Source of the DNA: Phoronis australis
Taxonomy: Eukaryota > Animalia > Phoronida
Length of the DNA stretch: 64,000 bases
Assembly (NCBI GenBank): GCA_002633005.1
Contig: NMRA01000208.1
Coordinates: 344,956 to 408,955 of the forward strand
Direction: 5' to 3'
Shown piece by piece: positions 13,101-23,477 of this stretch. A model generated the notes under the pieces. That model saw nothing but the letters and a program-made list of their open reading frames with translations, searched no databases and had not been told where the DNA came from. The position numbers were made by a program, and so were the translations under genes. Position 1 is the stretch's first letter. Each line of letters opens with the position of its first letter.

Positions 13101-16100
13101 TAGGATTTGCACCATGTTTTGTTTTTTTCTCTGACAGGGAGTTCCCTGAGATATCTTTTGCATGATACCGTGTTGAGACACTGGCAGTTAGGTCTTGTTT
13201 TACCCACTTAATATCTATTTTGTGATTATCACGGGAGCACTGTGTATTGACGTTCTAATCCAACCTTTACTGGAAGAGGATTTTTGGAGATCATTGTAAA
13301 GTTGTTCCTGCTAAATTATACTGTCACTAGGAAGTTTTATGTGCCTGGCAAATACAACGACTTGAGCGTTTAGTTATCTACTATCTACTGAGTTATCGTG
13401 TTATTGTCATTACAGGAGATTATCTGCTGTTATCAGGCTTTGTATCAGTTGGAAAGTTCTTTAACTCACCCTCACAGTACTCATAGTTATAATATAGGAC
13501 CCCGGAAATTGGACAATATTTGGCTAAATTTAGAACATCATATCTCATAAATGAATGATTGGATTCACGTGAGACTTATAGATACGCTTCATACACTGGT
13601 CTGATGTTTGTATGAGGGCCCGTCTAACATCACGTGAAACTTATAGATACGCTTCATATACTGGTCTGATGTTTGTATGAGGGCCCGTCTAACATCACGT
13701 GAGACGTATAGATACGCTTCATACACTGGTCTGATGTTTGTATGAGGGCCCGTCTAACATCACGTGAAACTTATAGATACACTTCATACACTGGTCTGAT
13801 GTTTGTATGAGGGCCTGTCTAACATCACGTGAGACGTATAGATACGCTTCATACACTGGTCTGATGTTTGTATGAGGGCCTGTCTAACATCTAACAGTTG
13901 CAGAAAACAGAACGATTATTTCGAAAAATGTTACAGGGTTTTTGAGATATCTCTTCATTCATATATTAAAAAATTTATTCATACTTTTCGTTTTCGCTAA
14001 AGTTCACTAAAACACATGGTCACATGACCAAGTTAATGGGAGATTGCTGGAATACTCTAACTCTAAAGGATTTTTACTTTCACAAAATATGCACTTTTTA
14101 GTTAAAATCTACATTTTTTCTAGGTATTTGGCTAAATACATAAACTTATTGATAAGATCTGACACAATCTTGAATTGGATAGTGCCATCATATTATCTCT
14201 TTAACTTCATACGAAGACAAATAATTTCTGATCATGTTTTTTATTGTTTTAAGAATGATGCTCAAAATTTTAGCAATTTTTTTCAAGATAACTGTGTAGT
14301 ACAAAGGTTGATAATGATGAAGGCAAGTTTTTCTCAATGTTTAGTTTTGTGGTGATGTTTGACAAAATAACATTTCCATATCTCTATTGTATCCTGTGCT
14401 AAATTATTGGGTGATCATCCTACTGGTTCAAAATAAACCATGTTCTTTTTGTGTGACACTAAGTTATACTTTTAAGTTAATTCTCTGTTTAATGGCAAGT
14501 GTTTTATGAGTTCCATTGGTGCCATCCACATGCAGACTTACCCTAGAACAAGTTGTCACTACATTGAGGGCTGTGTGGACACAGCACCCCATTGTTACGT
14601 ATTACTCCACCGTATCGAGGTGGGGGAACTTCTTCTTGGTTAACTTGCGCCACTTGTAATTGCTGTGTGGTCGCAAAATTTGAGCAATGTGGAAGTAATT
14701 ATCAACGGTTCATTGTCGTGCACAGAGCGACAACTTCTGCCTTATCCTAGTTTATAGGATATGTGTGTGTAGACGTTCCATTTAAAAGTGGGGTCACAGT
14801 TGCATTTATTTTGTGCAACTTGTTCTTGAAAAAGCTGTATGTGGACAGGACTATAGTCATGACCGTTTATCCAAGCAGGAAGTACACTCTACTAACTAAT
14901 GTTGTCTCTTTGACTCCAGGTGGTTGATGAGTTCCATAGACATGACCCATTCTCCAAGCAAGTCTACATGGCCCTGCTACTTGTCTTCCTCATTCCGTTT
15001 GTATTTGTGCGCAAGCTCAAGCACTTGGCTCCGTTTGCAACGTTTGCCAATCTCTTGACTGTGATAGGACTTATCATCACCTTCCAGTACACAGTGCAAG
15101 ATCTGCCTGATATTTCAAGTCGAGACGCATTCAACTCATGGAGAACACTTCCACTCTTCTTTGGAACAGCAGTCTTTGCCTTTGAAGGAATCAGTTTGGT
15201 GCGTGGCTTTTATGTGATGGAACAAGTAAAACATTGTTAGCAAGACATTTAAAGGAAACTGAACCCTGTTTTGGTGACTTGAACCAATCCTCGTTTTGTC
15301 ATCTACGAATGCATCATTGGCATACTGCTTGAGTTATAAACGCAGGATTGAAATAAAGACTAGTACTCCCTATCTCACAGATTGAATATTATAGTTCTTG
15401 GTGGATGGTCTTTCTCCACAGTTACCATGTAACTCACATAATGCATAGGTTTCGCTTGCCGGTTTAGCACACTTTAAAAAGAGTGTGCAAATTTTGTTTA
15501 AAACTTTTGAGTGTTGTCGAGGGTGACGGAGTATTATTTTGTTGCAGAGAACTGAATAGGAGTTGTTTTTAAATTAATATCTGTTTATAGGCCAAAACAG
15601 TGTTTGGTATCCTTTTAAGGAATTCAGAGTGATCAATAGTGTTATCTTAACTCAAAAGGCCTGATGTAACTGTGGACACCGTACATCCAAATATTCGTGG
15701 TTTTGTTTGTACAGCAGCGTGCGATGCTGGACGGACGCCCACATATGCATTCGTGGGTGCATGAAACGAATATTGTCTTGATTATCAGTTACAAAATTTG
15801 AACACTTCACTAGTAGGGGTGAGCCTTCAGTCTTTGGAAACTTTCTTTGTACCGTAGTATTTGCAAAAAATACGCCATGCAGTCTTCCTTCCTTTGGCTG
15901 GATATTCTTACAAACACGTAGTTGCTTATAAGTCTTAGCTTTTATCACAATACCAAAGACAACAAGTTTAGCCAGGTAGATTGTACGCTTTATTTACAAC
16001 TGAAAAAATGTATTCTTTTTTCCGGGTGTCAAATGAAATATTTTAAGTGGCACACAGTTTTACACTAGGTTGCACGAGGAGAAATGAGCTTACTTTTTGT

Positions 16101-18517
16101 GATTTTGTTTTAATAGGTGCTGCCAATTGAAAACAAAATGAAGCACCCAGAAGACTTCACTGGCTTGACTGGAGTCCTCAATACATCCATGGTGGTAGTC
16201 ACCTGTCTTTACACAGCTGTTGGTTTCTATGGTTACTTGCGATATGGCAGTGATGTACAAGGCAGCATAACTCTAAATCTGCCAACCGATTGGTTAGTAT
16301 TCTTGTTTGATGAGACATGTTAATCCCTTGTTAATTAAAAATGGCCGTAATTTTGGAAGTAGTCTTACCTCTCACAAGAATCGTATTTCTTCTGTAAAGT
16401 GTGTTTGGCTTTTTATGGTTTAGTGCCCGGCAAGGAGAATTTCATCAATTTCAATCTTTGCCCTACAAAACCTATTTCCCCTTGCTAAGAGTTGAATATA
16501 AGCATGTTGCATCTAACATGTTCTACATACCTGCCTAAGCCTATACTGCAATTCCATTACCCAAAAGACAATAACAGTCACTCCAAACTTCCCAGCCAAA
16601 ACATCTACACTAGCTCCTCCTATGGGGGCACATCCAAATGCAGTGAGTGAAACGTTCTCACACCTTGTCTTCAATGTCGGTTTTGTTAGGACTCGTTATT
16701 TGTAGTTATACTCTGTGTATTAAGCACCTCACATGAGTGCTTTTTCTACACTGGTTTCTAGTTTATGTATGTGAAATGGCTGCTCACTCTTGTAGTATCG
16801 TTTAGCCAGCCGGTTCATGTTCACAGGTTTTATCTTTTGCTATAAAAAATAATTGCTGGCAGTCTGGTGCATGTTGTACCAGACGCACACGTGCACTGCT
16901 CGTGTGGACCCACTGCCCTGATCACTTGGAACCATTTTTATGCTTTATTAACATACAGTTAAAACCGAACTGAAGACCTAGAGACCTGACTCAAGGGTCT
17001 AGCAGTGTGTCCCAGTGGGACTTTGACCCAGTGACCTTGAGTATAGGAAGCTGACATTTATCTCACTGTACCACACTGCCTCTTTAGGCTAGGTTTGAAA
17101 CTAAAATATTAAATTTTCAAACAATGTTATGCTTTGTTTGTATATGCTGTAGCTGGAAAATGATACAGGACTATTAGTTTTATTACACTAAAAAAATCTC
17201 CAATTTGGGGCAATCTGTAGAATTTGAGACACCAAAAATTGAATTTTTTCCATTCTGTAATTTGAGACGAGGGTAATTTTGCCATCATTCCATGTGAGTC
17301 TTGAATTTGGGATGGCCACTATTGGCTAATTTTAGAATTTGGGACAAGCTCCGACCTTGAGCAAAGTAATTAATATTTCACTGTCCCAAATTGGAGAATT
17401 TTTACCTTTTTTCAGTTTTATTGTTTTGATAATTGGTTTCAGGCTGTACTTGTCTGTCAGGATTATGTTCGCTTTGGCCATCTTCGTCAGTTATGGTGTG
17501 CAGTTCTACGTTCCTGTTGAAATTATCTATCCATTTATTAGAAGGCAGATCGCCTCAAGAAAATGCCAAAAGGTTGGAGAGTATATATTTCGCGTTCTGC
17601 TGGTTCTTTTGTCATGTGAGTAGTTGGTCCACTGTCATCNCAGTCAATAGTTTTGAAATTAGCTTTCTTAGTATAAACAAGGAGGATCAACAATTGTGCA
17701 GACTTCAAAACCACTTGCTCGGACTACAAAACCAGTCGGCTAGATTACAAAACCAAATGGTCGGTGATCAAACGTGCTGTCTGGACTTCAAAACACAATG
17801 CCCTCACCCAAAAACCTAGTTGGCTGGACACAAAACACAATGGCTGGTGCTGTAGTGCTGTAGCCTGGAGTAAGCCGTTGATTTGTTCGGCCATTGTTTT
17901 TGGCACTGGCAACCATTTTTGGTCTGGCCAGCCAGTTTTTTGGGTGTGTCCATTTGGTTTTGAGGTACTGGACATCGTGTTTTGATGTCCAACCATCAAG
18001 TAAAAACACTGCCCATTGGGTTTTGCTGTCAAACCAGCTAGTTTTGAAGTCCAACCATTTGTTGATTACCCCCAAAATGTAGTTGTTCCCATTCCCAGAA
18101 ATGACGAAGTACGTAACAAGTGGTATATGGTCTAAATGAAAATTTAATAATTTTAGTTGAAGGTGGGTCCATGGCAGTTGTTTATGTTGTTCCTTGTTTG
18201 TTTCAGTCACTCTAGCAGCAGTCATACCTTATCTGGACTTATTCATCTCACTCATCGGTGCTGTAAGCAGCAGCATCCTGGCTCTCATTATACCGCCCAT
18301 CCTCGAGGTGGTCACATTTTGGCAAGAGAAACCCAAATGGTTTGCACTGACTGTGATTAAAGACATCTTTATTTTGCTGTTTGGACTTGCTGGATTCATC
18401 GTAGGAACATACGTGTCATTAGAAGCCATTGTGGAAAAGTTCAGTAACTCTCCGGTTGTTAATGGAACCATTTTATCCACCCCTGCAGATGTTAGCCAAT
18501 CAGTCATGTTGCACTAG
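7018..18517 (+). CDS. SLC36A1: Proton-coupled amino acid transporter, SLC36/PAT family (SLC36A1/A4-like), 8 coding exons, 492 aa
   Basis: Exons 7018-7199, 8855-8945, 10600-10688, 11755-11932, 14920-15198, 16117-16292, 17443-17615, 18207-18517 total 1479 nt, all GT-AG with consistent phases. Family motifs: [75 protein letters not shown]. The symbol is family-level; exact orthology was not resolved. Confidence 0.95.
8143..8293. mobile_element. PIF/Harbinger-like MITE (intronic)
   Basis: GGGCTGGGTTGCATAAA ... TTTATGCAACTGGGCCC inverted ends, with CAG on both flanks. Confidence 0.6.
8855..8945 (+). CDS. SLC36A1: SLC36 coding exon 2
   Basis: [30 protein letters not shown]; boundaries tttcag| and |GTGAGG. 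Confidence 0.95.
9225..9430 (+). repeat. Dispersed repeat, copy 1 (SLC36 intron 2); inverted partner at 17190-17405
   Basis: caatttgggacagtgaaaatttaattattttgcccaaggtcagagcttgtcccaaattcta...ggccatcccaaattt is the reverse complement of about 17295-17400. Confidence 0.8.
10600..10688 (+). CDS. SLC36A1: SLC36 coding exon 3
   Basis: VGGVGVIIIGTIAVHCMHILVKCSHDLCH; boundaries ttttag-like tttag| and |GTAATG. Confidence 0.93.
11017..11154. mobile_element. Harbinger-like MITE (intronic)
   Basis: TIRs AGGGCTCCGTTTCA...TGAAACGGAGCCCT. Confidence 0.7.
11755..11932 (+). CDS. SLC36A1: SLC36 coding exon 4
   Basis: TGNTALNYGQAVEEAF...[26 protein letters not shown]; boundaries cttgtag| and |GTTGGA. Confidence 0.93.
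13566..13890. repeat. 65-bp minisatellite, 5 near-identical copies, inside a dispersed repeat
   Basis: cacgtga(g/a)ac(t/g)tatagatacgcttcatacactggtctgatgtttgtatgagggcc(c/t)gtctaacat at 13566, 13631, 13696, 13761 and 13826. Confidence 0.95.
14920..15198 (+). CDS. SLC36A1: SLC36 coding exon 5
   Basis: VVDEF...LKHLAPFATFAN...[17 protein letters not shown]; boundaries ctccag| and |GTGCGT. Confidence 0.95.
15249..15617. mobile_element. Possible Kolobok-type non-autonomous element (TTAA-flanked)
   Basis: TTAAAGGAAAC... and ...GTATCCTTTTAA short inverted ends. Confidence 0.35.
16117..16292 (+). CDS. SLC36A1: SLC36 coding exon 6
   Basis: [14 protein letters not shown]...GFYGYLRYG...[10 protein letters not shown]; boundaries aatag| and |GTTAGT. 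Confidence 0.95.
16985..17083 (-). mobile_element. tRNA-derived SINE head, same family as 27880-27965
   Basis: Minus strand gaggcagtgtggtacagtg...aatgtcagctt...gtcccactgggacacactgc aligns by eye with 27880-27965. Confidence 0.55.
17190..17405 (-). repeat. Dispersed repeat, copy 2 (SLC36 intron 6), inverted relative to 9225-9430
   Basis: Reverse complement shares caatttgggacagtgaaa...caaggtc.gagcttgtcccaaattcta...ggccatcccaaatt with copy 1. Confidence 0.8.
17443..17615 (+). CDS. SLC36A1: SLC36 coding exon 7
   Basis: LYLSVRIMFALAIFVSYGVQFYVPVEII...FRVLLVLLS; boundaries tttcag| and |GTGAGT. Confidence 0.95.
17687..18065. mobile_element. Foldback-like element built from ~21-bp CAAAACC subrepeats in inverted arms
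   Basis: Left arm tcaacaattgtgcagacttcaaaacc + (caaaacc..)n; right arm (..gttttg)n + gttttgaagtccaaccatttgttga. Confidence 0.6.
18207..18517 (+). CDS. SLC36A1: SLC36 coding exon 8 (last)
   Basis: TLAAVIPYLDLFISLIGAVSSSILALIIPP...GTYVSL...*; tttcag| acceptor, TAG stop. Confidence 0.95.
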
Positions 18518-20558
18518 AACTCATGTTCCATTCATACTATGTCCACTTGTATTTTAGGGCGGAGCTTGTCAATTAAAACTCCCCCAATAATCCAAATATG
18601 GATTTGAAGTTGCTGCTCTGTGGCATATCACTTGGTATTTTAGGAGAGTGTATGTTAATTGGAGAACACTGCTGTCTCCACTTACAATCCAACTATGAGG
18701 TTGGACTGACCAGCACTGTGATGTTGTTTTATCAGCCCATATTTTTAATCAATGTTGAGACTGAAAGTATTTACATCAAAGTGCCATAAAGGTGTAAGGG
18801 TTATACTTCTCAACTGTTTCTTGGCTTGCACTAGAAACACTTTGGGTTCAAAGGGGTAACTAATCCGCATATTGGCTTTATTTTTGGATGGTTGCTAATC
18901 ATGGGTGTTGTCTTGTGCAATTGACATACAAGGTTAGTGAAAACAGCTCTTTGTGAACCCTGCTCATACAACTGCTCATACCAGTTGAACTGCGTAAGTA
19001 AAAACAAGTTAACAAATGGTTTTTGGTCCTGGCTGAGAAGGTACTTTTATTATCCCTTTGAATTTTGAATAGCCAAGCCCGTAATACACAGACTGGAAGC
19101 TTGAACGTTGGTTAAAGTATTCAAAATTCTGTGATATGAGTTAAAGTTTGTAAAATTCACCTTTCGTTATTTTGCCTACTGTGGGAGTTGCATCCTGATC
19201 AATGTAAGTGCTTTTCACTTTGTTAAGTTATTTGCTGTGAACTTGTTATCAACTGTCTCAAAAATGTTCACAAAAATACTTTGAATTTGAGCACCAAGAA
19301 ATCATGGCTTTTACTGGAAACCAATCATTATTGTTATTATTATTATGGTATTTTTCTTATTCCAGGATGGAATCTTGAAATTTGTTTTGTAAGGCAAAAA
19401 GTGAAAACGTCACAGTTGACTGTGAATTCAAAAAGATTGGGAATGCATTTTGTTGGATCTCCATTACTGGCTTTGTTATAGCTCTCACGGCCTCTCCATA
19501 ACGACCACTTTTAACAGCAGCACCCTTCGTTGAAATATCACACAGTTCTGACTGTTGACACTTAATCAACACTGTCTTTCAAAAAGCAAAATACGGTCTG
19601 ATCTGTAGATTTTTATAAAGTGATACGGTGGTGTGGTATTTTTTGCTTTTCTAATTTTCTGTTGACCAGGGGAAATGAGGTGCACCATTGAAGTCAAAAC
19701 CAAGTAGAATTAAGGTCATGAAAGCAGCGATTATCGTCAGGTCGCCAAGCCACGCAACTACCGTAGCTTTCACGTGTTTGTGTGGCTCTTCAAAATGAAA
19801 TTAATTCCCCTAATCATGATGCTGGTGGGTGTGTTTATTTTTCTTTAAATAGTGGGTACAGGTGTCCAAATGAGTCCAGTGCAGTTATATTTCCTTTGGC
19901 CATAATTGTTCTCCATTTTGGCTTATCAGTGGAGGTGTTAAAATATCCTCGTTACCTTTGCACAGCAGGCTTCATAAGGTGTGAAAACACCACAGTTTTT
20001 TTATTGTCTAAGTAAGTCAATTTTGCCATTTTCCCATCTTTTATTCCAAAACATTCTTTTGGATTCTTGGAATGAAAAGAGCAACAGTAGGTCCAGGTAA
20101 AACGATTACCTAGCACACCTATTACACAGTATTCTTGTGACCCTTTTTGATGGAATTATTGAGCAAAAATATTCTAAAATGTGTAATTTGGAGATTTTAA
20201 AACTGTTTGTAGTTGTGATGTAGCTGTTATTTAATTGACACTATATTATTACCATTTTATGGGGAATGATTTTAGGATGTTTGTTATTGGCTGTATATTT
20301 ATATAAGATGGTGTGTATTTTTATGTATTCTTACTCTGTCGATGGTTGTTGAATGAGTTTGCTCAACATTATCACGTTCTTCTGACAGGTTGGAGTCCTG
20401 GTATTCACTTTTATTACATGACATGTAACAAGAGCATCATGTCACCTTCTTCTTGCTTCTGAAAGTGATGAAGAAATTGCAAGAGGACAAAATAGATAAA
20501 TTAGACAAAGCAAAATAGACAAAATAGATAATGTAGGTAAACTACATTAAGTAGACAA

Positions 20559-20564
20559 AATAAA
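20559..20564 (+). terminator. Candidate polyadenylation signal for SLC36 (about 2-kb 3' UTR)
   Basis: AATAAA followed by a GT/T-rich tract (tttctgtttggtt). Not confirmed by transcript data. Confidence 0.35.
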
Positions 20565-21116
20565 TGTTCTGTACATTTCTGTTTGGTTACTGGGATGTTT
20601 TCTCTAAACTTTCAAACTTAAACTGGTTATTTCTTATGCACCATGTTTTAATTGATTTAATTATTTAGTCTTTTAACAAGGTGTTTTGTTTTGAAAACTG
20701 TGAAGGTTGTTATTGTAAACTTTGGGAGAAGGTACTTATTAGAATTACAAAATCATGATTGACATATCATCCAAAAGATGGTGCTAGTGTATTGTAGTCT
20801 TGATACCACATTGTCTCTCTGCTCCATGTGTTAATGGTTGTAGCTGACTGGTGTTCCTAGTGATTATTGTTTTGGACATAATTCTATGTACTATTTGTTG
20901 TATGTTATTCCTAGATCAAAATCGTTGGTTTTTCTTTTTCTTTAGAAACTGTTATTAGCTTCTCATAATCATCTTATTAGTGTCTATCAAAGTCTAAACA
21001 GCTTAGCAAAAATTTCTATGCTGATGGTTGTTGAACATTTTAAATATAATTACCTTGACATTCAAGTGAGTGTTTATCAGGGAACAGTTGGCACATGGTA
21101 ACTATGTGCTATACAC

Positions 21117-23000
21117 AACTTAATTTGGAACAGTTTACTACAGGGTGTCAACTTTTGATGACCTAGAGTAGATGCACCTGATCAGCTAGTTCCCTGTCAA
21201 TGAACAAAGGCTTTAGTGTGTTAGTGTCGAGCCTGTGGTTATGGTGCAACCTACGTTGGCGAGTGTAAAGACGTGTGTAATTAGCGTTGGCCACTGGGTG
21301 GAAAATATTGCTGGTAAATTATTCTCCTGAATTAGAGGCGTAAAGACACTTTTCACGCGGTGTTTTGAGCATTACGCCGAGCGTAAGTCACGACCGTAAA
21401 TTTCGACAGTACAGTTACAGGCATAATTAGTGAAAATTATGCAGGAACCTAAAAAAGTAATCAAATTTTTGCAACTTTCGTTACAAATCTCATAAATGTC
21501 TCATTTAATTCATATGAAACTTGAAGGTACAACGCTTTATGCCATGTTCTGAACAACGCTGTTGGCGGTTGTTTTAAAATATTCCATTTAGGCATATATG
21601 GATGTGGTTTGTTTAATGTGAATGGACATTTCTTTTTGCTAAATTTTAGCAAGAAGACATTGTCAGGAGACCCAAGTGGCTATAGTTTGGTATAAGGTCA
21701 CTGAAAATAAAATTGTGCGGAGTTTCGAGTGCATTCATTGATTTAAATTTTCAATAGTGTAGTTTTGTTGATATTTGGGCTTGTCGATAATGTCCTACAT
21801 AATTTTGATGAACATGCGTAGTGTTTTAAAAGTACAGTGTCACTATATAGGGTATAGTGAAAACGTGCATTTTAAAATGTGTCGATTATTGAGGGTGAAA
21901 TCGACACATTTCGTTTCGCGACCAAAACCCGCGGAAACTTCCTAATCATGCCCGGAGAAACAAAAGTACGCAAACCTCAAATCTGTCCCGGCTCCGCTCC
22001 GAGAAAATGTGTCGATTATTGGCCATTTGTGTCGGTTTCAGAAACGTTGTGTTGAAAAATTTCTAAGTCGGCCTACGAAATGTGTCGATTATTGGCCAAT
22101 TTTGTCGCTTTCCCAAAGGTGCTTTGAAAATGTAACAAAAAGCAAACATATCGGGGTCGAGCGGCTGGCCGGTATACAGTCCCTAGTCGTGTCCCGGGTA
22201 TCTGTGAAAACTCCCCAGACGCTGGTGCGGCGCGGTCAAGTCCCGCAGCTTAATTGCGGGGTCCGCGCTCCCAAGGTCGAAGCGCGGCTGCAAGTCTCTT
22301 AGTGTCCCTTGCGTATGTGTGCGAAATTTTCTGTTCCGAGAAATGTGTCGGTTATTGGCCATTTGTGTCGGTTTAAAGTTCAGAGACATTGGCGGTCGTG
22401 ATATCGACTAAGTGCCGGCATATATACTTATGCGGTCTCCCAGAATGGCATGTGAAGCGGTCCACATACTAAAAGGCCTGATCTGCTGCCCTGCGGCCAC
22501 GTATCCATTACCCACGGGTTGGCGGAGGACCAACTGGGAGAATGAGGTCGCGCCCGCTGTCCCGGCGCCGGAAAGTGACGATCCAGTCGGTGATCGTAGT
22601 TTAATCAGCAAGTTTTTGCGGGTTTTAGTTGAGAAACGAAGTGTGTCGATTTCACCGTTAATAACCGACACATTTTAAAATGCACGTTTTCACTTTACCC
22701 TATCGTGCCATATATCGTTTTATGAGCGTGATAGACGAGTGAAATTTTACGGAGGTTCAACTTTTTGAGACTTCACCTGACCTGAGTGCAACCTCATCTC
22801 TCATCGGACATAACGTAAAGCGAGCGTGAAAAGTGTTTTTACGCCTGTAATTATCGGGTGACATAGTTTGCCCCCAGCAGTCAACGATATTTAATTGATG
22901 TACGCGAGCTCGGCGAGTAAATTAGTTATCAGCAGGAAAGCATTCCTATTATTAGGCGTACATCCAAGTTATTAGCGCAGTATTGTGTTCCAATTAAGTT
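21117..23000. mobile_element. Older DNA transposon with long degenerate TIRs, hosting a nested element
   Basis: AACTTAATTTGGAACA...TGTTCCAATTAAGTT ends. Internal inverted match aggcgtaaagacacttttcacgc (21336) vs gcgtgaaaagtgtttttacgcct (22824). Confidence 0.6.
21848..22702. mobile_element. Nested non-autonomous DNA transposon with ~100-bp TIRs
   Basis: TAGGGTATAGTGAAAACGTGCATTTTAAAATGTGTCG... and its reverse complement ending at 22702. AAATGTGTCG(A/G)TTATTG motif repeated near 21875, 22005, 22078 and 22341. Confidence 0.85.
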
Positions 23001-23477
23001 CAAGTTACGTACGATTTCCGTGTCTGATTGACAGTTTGTTAACAATCAAGACTTGTTTTTCATTAAGCTTTTACGCAGGTAGGCAACATGTTTTCTGTGG
23101 TGCTTATTCTTAGCAAGACGTGTGTCAAGGACGTCCTGTTCACTACTCACACTTGGACGAATTCGTCACTACTCTTGAAAACGAGGTGTTATGACCAAAC
23201 TAGGGGTCTGCGTGCCACGCGCGCTAAGTTTATGTTTGCGTTTTTAAAATCGATGCCAAAACGAGGCACTGTGGTCTAAACAACAATGCACAGCACTGCT
23301 GCAGCGCCACCAGGCTTTGGCAAAGTCTGCAAGTAGTGAATACGAAATATGAGGACGTTTTATGTCATACTTTTTATGGTTGACTTTTTACTTTTTTCCA
23401 ACGCCTTTTGTGGTTGGTTTAATAATTTAGCGCATATTTTCGCCATTTCTTTCATTGGTTATTTGTGATACGCAGAA

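Noticed and set aside
13566-13890. CRISPR-like regular repeat
   Set aside because: Units are contiguous with no unique spacers, the context is a eukaryotic intron, and there are no cas genes.
17433-18225. Cluster of overlapping 60-145-aa ORFs in SLC36 intron 7
   Set aside because: Produced by the 21-bp periodic foldback repeat.
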